NCBI GenBank assembly: GCA_035543515.1
Contig: DATKJS010000009.1
Span: 21,324 to 85,323, forward strand
Source of the DNA: Terriglobales bacterium
GTDB lineage: Bacteria > Acidobacteriota > Aminicenantia > Aminicenantales > Saccharicenantaceae
Reading direction: 5' to 3'
DNA: 64,000 bases
The translations under genes were made by a program, and so were the position numbers. Positions 26,405 to 35,924 of the stretch are shown here, piece after piece. Positions within the stretch are counted from its first letter, which is position 1, and every line of letters begins with the position of its first letter. The notes beneath the pieces were generated by a model, which saw nothing but the letters and a program-made list of their open reading frames with translations, ran no database searches and was not told the DNA's origin.

Positions 26405-28735
26405 ATGAACGGTCTGAGCAGCACGCCTCCGCGGAAGGAGATCGACCTCCTCGAGTCCTGGAGGACCGTCGTCAAGCGCAAGTGGGTCCTGGCGGCATTC
26501 GCCGGGGCCGTCGTCGCCCTCGTCGCCGTCCTGTCCTTCACGGCGACGCCCCTCTATCGGGCCACGGCCACGATCCTCATCGACGAGCCGAGCGCGAGCC
26601 TCGTCAACATCCAGGACGTCCTCAACTCGGGCGGCTACTACCAGAGCGACTACCTGGGCACGTACTTCAACACCCAGCTCAAGCTCCTGACAAGCCGGTC
26701 CCTGGCCGAGCGCGTGGCCAAGAAGCTCAACCTCGGCGCCCGGCCGGAGTTCCGCACCGCCCGGACCTCGCGGACGAGCCCGCTCCAGGCCGTCAAGGGG
26801 CTCCTCTCGCTCCGCTGGGTCTTCCCGGCGAAGAAGGCGGCGGCGGGCCCGGCGGCCGCGCCCGCGGCGAGCTTTGCTTTCGCCGTCCTCGACGGGCTCG
26901 TCATCGCGCCCGTGCCCGAGACCAGGCTCGTCCAGGTCGGCTACACGTCGTCGCAGCCCGTCCTGGCGGCCGACATCGTCAACACCCTGGTCGAGGAGTT
27001 CGTCAGCTACTCGGTCGAGACACGCTACGAGGCGACCAAGCAGACCTCGGAGTTCCTGAGCGAGACGATCGCCCAGCTCCGGGACGACCTCAAGAAGAAG
27101 GAGGAGGACCTCCAGAAGTACGGCGAGGAGAAAAAGCTCCTCTTCCTCAACGACAAGGAGAGCTCGGTCGTCAACAAGTTCTCCGACGTCAACACGGCCT
27201 TCACCGAGGCCCAGATCGACCGCTTTAAGAAGGAGGCCCTCTATCGGGAGCTCCGCGACCTCAACATCGACGCCCTGCCGGAGTCCGTGACGAACCCCGT
27301 CATCCAGGCCCTCAAGACCTCCTACGCCCAGGCCAAGTCCGAGTACGAGGAGAAGAGCAAGTTCTATCGCCCCGACTATCCTGAGATGGTCAAGCTCAAG
27401 GCCCGGCTCGAAAGCGCCGCCTCGGCCCTTCAGGACGAGATCCGCAAGGCTGTCGGCGCGGCCGAGGCCGACTACCGGGCGGCCGCGAACAAGGAGCGGT
27501 CGCTCCAGGGCCTGCTCGACTCGCAGCGGACCGACGTCGTCAAGATGAACAACAACGCCATCCTCTACCGGAGCCTCCAGATCGAGGTCGAGAACATGCG
27601 GACGCTTCTCGGCACGCTCGTCTCCAAGCAGAACGAGATCCAGGTCTCGAGCCAGCTCGGCGGCCTGCGGACGAGCAACATCAAGATCGTCGACCGGGCT
27701 CTCGTGCCCGCCGCGCCGTTCACGCCCAACGTCCGGCGGAACCTCATGATGGCCCTGCTCCTCGGCCTTTTCGGCGGGCTCGGCCTCGCCTTCCTCGTCG
27801 ATTATGTCGATAACACCGTCAAGGGCCCGGGCGACATCGAGAAGCTGACGGGACTGCCCTCCTTGGGCATCATCCCCTACCTCCCGGCCGATGGGCTGAG
27901 GCGCAAGGCGGCGCCCTACGGGAGCTACCGCTATTCCTACGGCGTCGAGGGCGAGGCCCGGGAGGAAGGGCTGCCCGAGAGCTGCGAGATCGAGCTCATC
28001 AACCACCTCTTCCCCAAGTTCTCCATCGCCGAGGACTACCGGACCGTCCGGACCTCGATCCTCTTCTCCCACGCCGACAGCTCGCCCAAGACCGTCTGCT
28101 TCACGAGCACCGTGCCCCAGGAGGGCAAGACGGCCACGGTCTCGAACATGGCCATCTCCTTCGCCCAGCTCGAGGGCAAGGTCCTGCTCGTCGACGCCGA
28201 CCTGCGCAAGCCCCGCCTCCACAAGGTCTTCCAGACGAGGAACATGGTCGGGCTGAGCGGCTTCCTGACGGGCAAGCTGGCCTTCGACGAGGCCATCCTG
28301 AAGACGAGCATCGAGAACATCTGGATCATCCCGAGCGGTCCGCACCCGCCGAACCCGGCCGAGCTCCTCAACTCGACGCGCATGCGGGACCTCCTCTCGC
28401 GGGTCAAGGACCGCTTCGACACGGTCCTCATCGACACGCCGCCCGTCCTCGCCGTCATCGACCCGGTCATCGTCAGCTCTCTCGCCGACAGCACCGTCTT
28501 CGTCGTCCAGGCCGGCAAGACGACGCGCCGGGCCCTGGCCAAGGCCGTCGAAGAGGTCCGCAAGGCCAAGGCCGAGATCATCGGCGTCGTCTTCAACGAG
28601 GTCAAGATGGGACGGCAGGGGAGGAACGCGCCCTACTACCACTATTACCAATACGAGTACGCCGCGAGCGGGGAGCATGACCCGGCTGCGCGGAAGCGGC
28701 CGGGCTCCGGCGGTCCGGGCCAGGAAGGGTCCTGA
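26405..28735 (+). CDS. Wzc-like polysaccharide co-polymerase / tyrosine autokinase
   Basis: N-terminal Wzz/GumC chain-length domain, long coiled coil and a second TM. C-terminal BY-kinase with Walker A (VPQEGKTATVSN), A' (LLVDADLRKP), B (VLIDTPPV) and a terminal Tyr cluster YYHYYQYEY. Confidence 0.85.
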   Translation: MNGLSSTPPRKEIDLLESWRTVVKRKWVLAAFAGAVVALVAVLSFTATPLYRATATILIDEPSASLVNIQDVLNSGGYYQSDYLGTYFNTQLKLLTSRSLAERVAKKLNLGARPEFRTARTSRTSPLQAVKGLLSLRWVFPAKKAAAGPAAAPAASFAFAVLDGLVIAPVPETRLVQVGYTSSQPVLAADIVNTLVEEFVSYSVETRYEATKQTSEFLSETIAQLRDDLKKKEEDLQKYGEEKKLLFLNDKESSVVNKFSDVNTAFTEAQIDRFKKEALYRELRDLNIDALPESVTNPVIQALKTSYAQAKSEYEEKSKFYRPDYPEMVKLKARLESAASALQDEIRKAVGAAEADYRAAANKERSLQGLLDSQRTDVVKMNNNAILYRSLQIEVENMRTLLGTLVSKQNEIQVSSQLGGLRTSNIKIVDRALVPAAPFTPNVRRNLMMALLLGLFGGLGLAFLVDYVDNTVKGPGDIEKLTGLPSLGIIPYLPADGLRRKAAPYGSYRYSYGVEGEAREEGLPESCEIELINHLFPKFSIAEDYRTVRTSILFSHADSSPKTVCFTSTVPQEGKTATVSNMAISFAQLEGKVLLVDADLRKPRLHKVFQTRNMVGLSGFLTGKLAFDEAILKTSIENIWIIPSGPHPPNPAELLNSTRMRDLLSRVKDRFDTVLIDTPPVLAVIDPVIVSSLADSTVFVVQAGKTTRRALAKAVEEVRKAKAEIIGVVFNEVKMGRQGRNAPYYHYYQYEYAASGEHDPAARKRPGSGGPGQEGS

Positions 28736-28745
28736 GGCGGTCCCG

Positions 28746-30206
28746 ATGGTGAAACCCCTCCAGGCCGCGGGCCCGGCTCCGCCGCCGGCCGTGGACGGAA
28801 GCCGACGCTCGTTCCTGCGCCGGGCCATTGACGCCGGCCTTATGGCCCTGCTCGTCCTGAGCCCGCTGCCGGCCGCATCCGTCAACGCCTGGTCGGTCCT
28901 CGCCATCGAGCTCGCCGTGGGGCTGATGGCCGCGGCCTATGTCGTCCTCGAGCCCAAGCCGCCGCTGAACGAAGGGATGCGCCGGGACCTGCGCGGGGTG
29001 CGCTGGGTCGCCGCGGGGCTCGCCGGGTTCGTCGGCCTGCAGGTCCTGCCGTTGCCCACGGCCGTCGTCCGCCTCCTCTCGCCGGGAACCTATGCCTTCC
29101 GGAAGCTCTACGACCCCGGCTTCGCCCGGCTGAAGCTCATGACCCTCTCGGTCGCGCCGTCCCGGACGCTCGAGGCCGGGCTCGAGCTCATGGCCTACGT
29201 CCTTCTCGGCTTCCTCGTCCTCCGCGGCGTCACCCGGGGTAGGCAGGTCCGGACCCTCCTCTACATCCTGGCCGGGTCCGGCGCGTTCCAGGCCCTCTAC
29301 GGGCTCGCCGAGCTCTCCGCCCGCCGGCCGCGCATCCTCTTCTATGCCAAGGCGTTCAGCCTGGAATCGGTAACGGGGACGTTCGTCAACCGCAGCCACC
29401 TTTCGGGCTACCTGGAAATGATCGTGCCGCTGGCCGTCGGCCTCCTCATCGCCCGGATGAACCTCTTCTCCTTCGGCGTCAAGGGCTTCCGAGAGCGGCT
29501 GGCGCTGATGATGTCGCAAGGCGTCGCCGGCAACCTCCTCCTGGCCGCCGCCGTCATCATCATGTCCGTCGGCATCGTCCGCTCGAGCTCCAGGGCGGGG
29601 CTGGTCGTTCTCGTCAGCGGTTTCTTCCTCTTCGTCGGCCTCGCCGTCCTGGCCGTCGGGCGCGTCCGCTATCGCGACCTGCGGATCAGGAACTTCATCC
29701 GAGTCACGGTCCTCGTCGTCCTGGCCGCGGCCCTCTATGTCGGCGTCGGGACGACGATCCAGCGCTTCTCGCTCGACAACCTCCTCCACGAGGACCGGCC
29801 GCTCTACTGGGCCAACGCCATGGGCATGGTCCGGGATTTCCCCCTCTTCGGCACGGGGCTCGGCACATTCGCCGCGGCTTACCCGGCCTACGAGCAGCGG
29901 GGCGGGCCCGAGATGCTCCTTGCCCACGCCCACAACGACTACCTGGAGGCGCTGGCCGAGCTCGGCGTCCTCGGCGCCGCCCTCCTCTTGGGCCTCGTCA
30001 TTGTCCTGGCCGTCCGGGCTTGCCTGGCCTGGCGCGAGCGGAGGAGCCCGGAGGCGAAGGGCATCGCCCTCGGCGGCATCGTCTCGCTGGCCGGCGCGGG
30101 CATCCACGCCGTGACCGACTTCAACCTGCATATCCCGGCCAACGCCGTTCTCTTCGCCGTCGTCCTGGCGTTGACGTTCGTCTCCGCCCACTGCCGGAAA
30201 GCCTGA
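28746..30206 (+). CDS. O-antigen ligase-like (Wzy_C family) polytopic membrane protein
   Basis: 10 or more TM spans and the loop motif GTGLGTFAAAYPAYE..LLAHAHNDYLEALAELGVLGA typical of the O-antigen ligase family. Start set to ATG 28746, just after the wzc stop. Confidence 0.7.
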   Translation: MVKPLQAAGPAPPPAVDGSRRSFLRRAIDAGLMALLVLSPLPAASVNAWSVLAIELAVGLMAAAYVVLEPKPPLNEGMRRDLRGVRWVAAGLAGFVGLQVLPLPTAVVRLLSPGTYAFRKLYDPGFARLKLMTLSVAPSRTLEAGLELMAYVLLGFLVLRGVTRGRQVRTLLYILAGSGAFQALYGLAELSARRPRILFYAKAFSLESVTGTFVNRSHLSGYLEMIVPLAVGLLIARMNLFSFGVKGFRERLALMMSQGVAGNLLLAAAVIIMSVGIVRSSSRAGLVVLVSGFFLFVGLAVLAVGRVRYRDLRIRNFIRVTVLVVLAAALYVGVGTTIQRFSLDNLLHEDRPLYWANAMGMVRDFPLFGTGLGTFAAAYPAYEQRGGPEMLLAHAHNDYLEALAELGVLGAALLLGLVIVLAVRACLAWRERRSPEAKGIALGGIVSLAGAGIHAVTDFNLHIPANAVLFAVVLALTFVSAHCRKA

Positions 30207-30213
30207 GGCCCCC

Positions 30214-31947
30214 ATGAAAAAGACGCTCCTGCTCGCCGGCCTGGCCGTGGTCGCGGTTTTCGAGTCCGCCGTCTACTGGAATTCGCGGCTCCTCGAGCGG
30301 GCCGAGGCGGCGGCCGGGGCCGCGGCGGAGAGGGTCCGGCTTCTGGAGCGGGCCGGCCGCGCTTATCCGTGGAACGCCCGCGTCTCGCTCGAGCTCGGCA
30401 AGGCCTGGTTCGAGACAGGGGCGCAGGCGCTGGCCGACGTCGCGACCCGGGACGCGGCCTTCGAGAAGTCCGTGGGCTGGTTCCTGCGCTCCCTCCGGCT
30501 CGAGCCCGGGTCGGCGGCGGCCCACTTCGAGCTGGCCCAGGCCCTGCAATACATGAGCTACCTCGCGCTCCCGGCGCCAGCGACGCCGTTCGAGGAGTAC
30601 AAGAAGGCGGCCGCCTTGACCGGCCATAATAGCCAGATCTACGCCGAGGTCGGCAAGGTCTTCCTCGGCCGCTGGAGCTCGCTCGGCCCGGACGAGCGGG
30701 CCTTCGCCCTGGAGATCATCGGCAAGACGCTCGCCGGCCGCGACCCCGGACGGCTCCGGGACCTGCTCGAGGTCTGGTACCTCCATGTTCGCGACTTCGC
30801 CGTGATCGAAGGCGTCCTGCCCGAGGACGCCGGCGTCCTGCGCGATTACGCCCGCTTCCTCGGAGAGAAGGCCCTGTCTCTCGAGGCCCGCGAGAAGGCG
30901 CTCTCGCGGGCCGAGGCCATCGATTTCGCCGAGGCGGCGAGGGAGGTCGAGCGGGCCCAGAGGAGCTTCGAATACGGCCAGGTCGAGGACGCGGCCGCCC
31001 GCGTCTCGACCGGGCTGCGGCTTCTCCGGTCCATCGCCTTCTACCAGGACCTCGTCCGGGAGGCGCGGATCGAGCGGCAGGAATACGCCCGGATCCTGAA
31101 GACGGCCTGCCTCCTCGCCGCCGAGGGCCGCATCGAAGCGACCCGGAGCCTGGACGACCCGGACGGCTTCATCGAGTCCTACCTCGCCCTCGAGGACGAC
31201 CCGCTGGCCGTGGGCGAGTTCGAGAAGTTCCTTTCCGAGCGGGGCCTCATAGGCGACGACGCCGCGGCCGGGTCCCGGCCGAGGGACCTTCGAGCCCTGG
31301 CTCTCGAGCTCGGCCTCGATTTCAAGCAGAACAGGTACCGGGACGTCACCAAGGCCGGCGAGGCGCTGGAGAGCGGCGCCTTCGTCATCCCCGAGGCCGC
31401 CCGTCCTCTTTACGCCCGCGTCTTCGGACTGGTCGGCGATTCCTATCAGAAGCTGGACTACCTCTACGAGGCGGAACGGGCTTACCTCAAGGCGGTCGAA
31501 GCCGCCCCCGGGCGCGTGGAGGACTTGGCCCGACTGGCCCGGTGCTATGAAAGGCTGGGGAGCGAGCGCAAGCTGGCCGACGTGCGGGCGCGGATGGCGG
31601 CGCTCCTCGCCCCCCGCTCGAGGGACCTCGGGCGCCGGCCTGTCGAGCCCGGCCGTCCGGCCCGCATCAACGTCGCCTGCGAGGCCGGTCCCTCGGCCTG
31701 GACGCTAGGCTTCGAGGCGGCGCGGCCGGGAGGCCGTCCCCTCGTGACCGTGCTCTGGAACGGGCGGGTTGTCCGGGAGGCCTACGTCGAAGGGGGGGGC
31801 CTGACGTTCGCGGCGAAGGCCGTCTCCGGCGAGAACTCCCTCGTCGTCGGGTCCGTCTGCGAGTCGCTCACCCTGCTCGCCCTGGAGCGCGCCGCGGCCC
31901 CGCTCGCCGAGGGGAGCGGCTTGACAAAGCCGCCCGAGCGCGATTAA
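30214..31947 (+). CDS. Signal-anchored TPR-like repeat protein
   Basis: N-terminal hydrophobic segment, then Ala/Leu/Glu/Arg-rich helical repeats with TPR-like A..Y..A spacing. No catalytic motif. Confidence 0.5.
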   Translation: MKKTLLLAGLAVVAVFESAVYWNSRLLERAEAAAGAAAERVRLLERAGRAYPWNARVSLELGKAWFETGAQALADVATRDAAFEKSVGWFLRSLRLEPGSAAAHFELAQALQYMSYLALPAPATPFEEYKKAAALTGHNSQIYAEVGKVFLGRWSSLGPDERAFALEIIGKTLAGRDPGRLRDLLEVWYLHVRDFAVIEGVLPEDAGVLRDYARFLGEKALSLEAREKALSRAEAIDFAEAAREVERAQRSFEYGQVEDAAARVSTGLRLLRSIAFYQDLVREARIERQEYARILKTACLLAAEGRIEATRSLDDPDGFIESYLALEDDPLAVGEFEKFLSERGLIGDDAAAGSRPRDLRALALELGLDFKQNRYRDVTKAGEALESGAFVIPEAARPLYARVFGLVGDSYQKLDYLYEAERAYLKAVEAAPGRVEDLARLARCYERLGSERKLADVRARMAALLAPRSRDLGRRPVEPGRPARINVACEAGPSAWTLGFEAARPGGRPLVTVLWNGRVVREAYVEGGGLTFAAKAVSGENSLVVGSVCESLTLLALERAAAPLAEGSGLTKPPERD

Positions 31948-31974
31948 CATTGCGAATTGGCTAAGGAGTCCGGC

Positions 31975-32769
31975 ATGTGTCGAGGTTTCAAAGGGATCGC
32001 CTGCTGTGGTTTCGCTCTTTCGCTGGGTTTCTGGGGAGCCGCGCTCTTGCTCGGCGCCCAGGCGCCGGCCAAGGGCCGCCTGGTCGGCTTCGTTTTCGGC
32101 GAGGACGGCTCGACCCCCGTGGCCGGGGCCGTGGTCGTCGCCAAGAACGTCTCGACCGGAGCCCTCGTCGAGAGCGCGAAGACCGATGCCCTGGGCGTGT
32201 TCAAGGTTGAGGGCCTGGAGGCCGGGATCTACGCCCTGGGCGTGACCTCGGCCGAAGGAGGCTACAATTCCCAGGACCTCGTCGGCGTCAAGCCCGACGA
32301 GACGGCCAAGATCTCCATCGCCCTGAACACCTACGGCCGCGACGCCGTCGCCGAGGCCCAGGCCGTGGCCCGAGAAGAAAAGGAGCGAGGCGAGTCCCGC
32401 GTCGGCAAGGTCGTCTCCTACTTCCCGGCGGCGAAGGAGGCCCTGGTCGCGATCGAGCGGGGGCTCATCCAGGTCGGCGACCGCCTCCGGTTCCGGGGCG
32501 GGGCGACGGACTTTGCCCAAGACCTTAAGGTCCTCAGGGTCCAGGGCGCCCGGGCCAAGATGTGCTTGACCGGCGACCAGGCCCTCTTCCCCGTCGTGAG
32601 GCCCTGCGCCGTCGGGGACAACGTCTACGTCGTTTGCAAGCGCGGCGTGCCGCCGATCTTCCTGGCCCCCCTGGGCCTGGCCGCCATCGTCGCCGGCAGC
32701 GCCAGCCTGGTCTCTCTCGAGCAAGAGGAGCAGGTCAGTCCAACCAAACCGGGCAAGATCAAGAGCTGA
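31975..32769 (+). CDS. Secreted carboxypeptidase-regulatory-like (CarboxypepD_reg) domain protein with C-terminal hydrophobic anchor
   Basis: Signal peptide, then GRLVGFVFGEDGSTPVAGAVVVAKNVSTGA..TDALGVFKVEGLEAGIYALGV (CarboxypepD_reg pattern). C-terminal hydrophobic stretch IFLAPLGLAAIVAGSASLVSL. ATG 31975 preferred over TTG 31957 because of the AAGGAG RBS. Confidence 0.5.
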   Translation: MCRGFKGIACCGFALSLGFWGAALLLGAQAPAKGRLVGFVFGEDGSTPVAGAVVVAKNVSTGALVESAKTDALGVFKVEGLEAGIYALGVTSAEGGYNSQDLVGVKPDETAKISIALNTYGRDAVAEAQAVAREEKERGESRVGKVVSYFPAAKEALVAIERGLIQVGDRLRFRGGATDFAQDLKVLRVQGARAKMCLTGDQALFPVVRPCAVGDNVYVVCKRGVPPIFLAPLGLAAIVAGSASLVSLEQEEQVSPTKPGKIKS

Positions 32770-32839
32770 GGCGCCGTCTTTTCCAAGCGGCGTCCCGCCG
32801 GCGAGGCCGTCCGTTCGCGCCGGCCTCTTTCCTCATCCC

Positions 32840-34036
32840 ATGACAGACCTCCCGTCCCGAGAGGCGTCCGTCGCTGCGGCTTCCCGGCTGCTCGTCCTCT
32901 GCGCACGTCCGGGGCTTGCCGCCGCGGACGCGCCCGAAGTCCGCGGCCTCCTCGGTCGGGGGATGGCGTGGCCGCGGCTCATGGAGAGGGCGGAGGAGGA
33001 AGGCGTCCTGCCGCTCCTCTACTGGAACCTCAAGGAAATGCCGGAGGATTTGCCCGCCGACGCCCTTGCGCGTCTCAAAGGCCGCTATCTCGCGAACCTG
33101 GCCCGGACTCTCCGCGTGGCGAAAGAGGTCGGGCCGCTCCTCGGCGCGGTCCGGGCCGCGGGTCGCACCGCCGTCCTGACCAAGGGTCTGCGGATGGCCC
33201 AGACGGTCTATCCCGACCTCGGGCTCCGGCCCTTCTGGGACGTCGACCTCGTCGTCCAGGCCGCAGACTGGCCGGACGTGCGTGGGATGCTCGAGGCGGC
33301 GGGATTCGTGGAGGCGACGGAGGGGGAGCCCGGCCGGGGCCTGCCGATCTCGGCGCCAGGCTGGACCTATTCCCCCTATTTCCTTCGCGGGGACCTCGCC
33401 CTCGAAATCCACTTCAATGTCTTCGGCCTCCATTTCCCGGCCGGGCCTTTGCCGCCCGATGTCCTCGGCCGGATGCCGTTGCCGGCCGGTGGCGGGGAGG
33501 CGACCGTTCTCTCGCCCGCCTTCGAGTTCTGCTATCTCTGCCTGCACGCCCAGCAGCACTCCTACCGCCGGCTCATCTGGCTCACGGACATCGCCCTGAT
33601 GGCGGCCGGAGGCGGCATCCCCTGGGACGAGGCCGCGCGGGTCGCCGCGGCCTACGGCCTTCGCGCTCCCGTCTTCCTTGGGCTCGCCCTGGCGGAGCGC
33701 CTCTGGCCGGGCACGGTCGCGCCGAACGTCCTGGCGCGCTTCCGTCCGGGCCCCGCAACCAGGGCTGCCCTCGGCCTGCTCTGGCCGGGCACGGCCGCCG
33801 CCGAACGGACGCTCACCCCCTGGCCCTATTACATGCCGTCGCTCTTCTCGCTTTGGGAAAGGCGGTCGGCCGTCCTGGCGGCGCGGTCGCTGCCCTCCAT
33901 CCTCTTTCCCCCGCGGGCCTGGCTGGCCGGAGCTTCGGGCCTGCCGAAGGGCTCCGCCCGGCTCACCCGCCAATACGGCCGGCGTCTGCTGAGGCCGTTC
34001 GGCCTGGCCGTCCGTCGCCTCCGAGGTGCGCGATGA
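32840..34036 (+). CDS. Uncharacterised nucleotidyltransferase-family protein (NTP_transf_5-like)
   Basis: FWDVDLVVQAADWPDVRGMLEAAGF and the overall size and helical N-terminus resemble the PF14907-type family. Assignment is from memory of the family pattern. Confidence 0.5.
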   Translation: MTDLPSREASVAAASRLLVLCARPGLAAADAPEVRGLLGRGMAWPRLMERAEEEGVLPLLYWNLKEMPEDLPADALARLKGRYLANLARTLRVAKEVGPLLGAVRAAGRTAVLTKGLRMAQTVYPDLGLRPFWDVDLVVQAADWPDVRGMLEAAGFVEATEGEPGRGLPISAPGWTYSPYFLRGDLALEIHFNVFGLHFPAGPLPPDVLGRMPLPAGGGEATVLSPAFEFCYLCLHAQQHSYRRLIWLTDIALMAAGGGIPWDEAARVAAAYGLRAPVFLGLALAERLWPGTVAPNVLARFRPGPATRAALGLLWPGTAAAERTLTPWPYYMPSLFSLWERRSAVLAARSLPSILFPPRAWLAGASGLPKGSARLTRQYGRRLLRPFGLAVRRLRGAR

Positions 34037-34845
34037 ACCCGTCCGCGGCCGTCTCCGTCGACGGACTGGTCAAGCGCTACCCGGTCTTCGGCGGCTTTCG
34101 GGACCTCGCCCGCCATCCGTTCAGGCGACCGACCCGGGCCGCCCTCGACGGGGTCAGCCTCGAGGTCGGGCCGGGCCGCGCCTTCTGCCTGCTCGGACCG
34201 AACGGCGCCGGCAAGACGACCCTGATCAAGGTCCTGACGACCCTTGTCCTGCCCGACGGAGGGCGGGCCTTCGTCGCCGGCCACGACGTCGAGCGGTCGC
34301 CGGCCGCGGTCAAGCGGGCCGTCGGCTACGCCATCAACGACGAGCGGAGCTTCTACTGGCGGCTGACCGGGCGTCAGAACCTTGAGTTCTTCGGCGCCCT
34401 GGCCGGGCTCGGCGGCCGCCGTCGGGACGAAAGGGTCGCCGGCGTGCTCTGCCTGACCGGCCTCGAGTCCGCCGCCGACGTCAGGTTCAACGCCTATTCC
34501 ACGGGCATGCGGCAGATGCTGTCCATCGCTCGGGCCCTGCTCGCCGACGCCGCCATCCTCTTTGTCGACGAGCCGACCCGCTCGCTCGACCCGAAGGCCG
34601 CGGCCGCCGTCCGGGCGTTCCTGAGGCGCGAGCTCGTCGACGCCCGGAAGAAGACCGTCTTCTGGGCCACCCACGACCTGGCCGAGGCGGCCGAGTTCGG
34701 CCACGAGGCGGCCGTTATCGACCGCGGCCGGATTATGGCCCGCGGCCCGGTCGACCGGCTGACCGAGGGCGGGCGCCTCTCCCTAAGGCAAGTCTACGAC
34801 CGGGCCTTGGCGGCCGCGGGGGCGGAGGGGGAGGCCGGCTCATGA
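34033..34845 (+). CDS. ABC transporter ATP-binding protein
   Basis: Walker A GPNGAGKTT, signature YSTGMRQML, Walker B ILFVDEPTRSLD, H-loop ATHDL. ATGA overlap with the upstream gene. Confidence 0.9.
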   Translation: MNPSAAVSVDGLVKRYPVFGGFRDLARHPFRRPTRAALDGVSLEVGPGRAFCLLGPNGAGKTTLIKVLTTLVLPDGGRAFVAGHDVERSPAAVKRAVGYAINDERSFYWRLTGRQNLEFFGALAGLGGRRRDERVAGVLCLTGLESAADVRFNAYSTGMRQMLSIARALLADAAILFVDEPTRSLDPKAAAAVRAFLRRELVDARKKTVFWATHDLAEAAEFGHEAAVIDRGRIMARGPVDRLTEGGRLSLRQVYDRALAAAGAEGEAGS

Positions 34846-35675
34846 ATCCCACGGCCCGGAGCGCGGGCCTCGTCGTGACGCGGCTCAGCGCCTTCCTCCG
34901 CCGCGACCTCCGCGAAGCCCTGAGCTACAAGTTCACCTTCGTCTCTTCCCTTGCCGGCATCTTCTTCTCTACGGCGACGTTCTTCTTCGTGGCCAAGCTC
35001 GTCCCGCCCGGCGCCGCTTCGCTCGCCGCGTACGGGGGCAACTACTTCTCCTTCGCCGTCGTCGGCGTCGCTTTTTCGAGCCTCCTCGGTATCTTCCAGG
35101 CCGGGCTGCCCTCCGTCATCCGGAACGCCCAGGTCTCCGGAACGCTCGAGGCCGTGCTGGCGACGCCTGCGTCCGTCCCGACCGTCCTCGTCGGTTCGTC
35201 CCTCTACTCGTTCGTTTTCCAGACCTTCCGGACGATGCTCCACCTGGCCGTGGCCGTCCTTGTTTTCGGCATGGTCCTCGGCCCCGTGAACTGGGCCGGC
35301 GTCGCCGCCGTCTTCGCCCTGACGGCCCTGGCCTTCCTTTCCGTGGGCATGCTTTCGGCGAGCTTCATCCTCGTCTACAAGCTCGGGAACCCGTTCGGCT
35401 GGCTGCTCTTGGGCATCTCGGGCCTGCTCGGCGGCGTGGTGTTTCCCGTGACCCTCCTCCCGCCGTGGCTCCGCTGGGCGTCGTCGCTCCTGCCGGTGAC
35501 CTATGCCCTCGACGGCATGCGCCGCAGCCTCCTCGCCCCGACCGGGTTCGCCGCGCTCGTCCCCGACATCGTCGCCCTGGCGGCCTTCGACGTCGTCCTG
35601 TTGCCGCTCGGCCTCGTTCTCTTCCGAGTCGCGGTGCGCAAGGCCAAGCGGGACGGCACGCTCTCACACTACTGA
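34842..35675 (+). CDS. ABC-2 type transporter permease
   Basis: Six hydrophobic spans, 277 aa. ATGA overlap with the ATPase gene. Confidence 0.8.
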   Translation: MNPTARSAGLVVTRLSAFLRRDLREALSYKFTFVSSLAGIFFSTATFFFVAKLVPPGAASLAAYGGNYFSFAVVGVAFSSLLGIFQAGLPSVIRNAQVSGTLEAVLATPASVPTVLVGSSLYSFVFQTFRTMLHLAVAVLVFGMVLGPVNWAGVAAVFALTALAFLSVGMLSASFILVYKLGNPFGWLLLGISGLLGGVVFPVTLLPPWLRWASSLLPVTYALDGMRRSLLAPTGFAALVPDIVALAAFDVVLLPLGLVLFRVAVRKAKRDGTLSHY

Positions 35676-35870
35676 CCGGCGCGGCTCTCCCCACGTTCTT
35701 GATCAAGGAAAGAATCCTACCTATCGGCGGAGGGGTCCTGTCCGTGTGCCGAAGCCCTCGGGGATGGCCTCCCCTCCGGAGTGCGGCTTGCGCTAAGCCG
35801 CACATGACGTTCCGGCCGTTCCCCTTCGGCTCTCGTCCGATGCCGGACGGGTGGCCGGTGCCAGTCGCGG

Positions 35871-35899
35871 CCGAACGGAGGGAGCACCCCGAGCTCGAC
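35871..35899 (+). repeat. 29-nt motif S (CCGAACGGAGGGAGCACCCCGAGCTCGAC), copy 1
   Basis: 26/29 identical to 60078-60106 in the same orientation. Confidence 0.6.
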
Positions 35900-35924
35900 T
35901 TCCCCATGACGGGGACGTGCGGCG

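Noticed and set aside
31975-32769. PEP-CTERM sorting signal at the C-terminus of the CarboxypepD_reg protein
   Set aside because: There is no PEP tripeptide, and the hydrophobic helix is followed by an acidic then Lys-rich tail rather than the Arg-rich terminus. No exosortase gene is present in the window.
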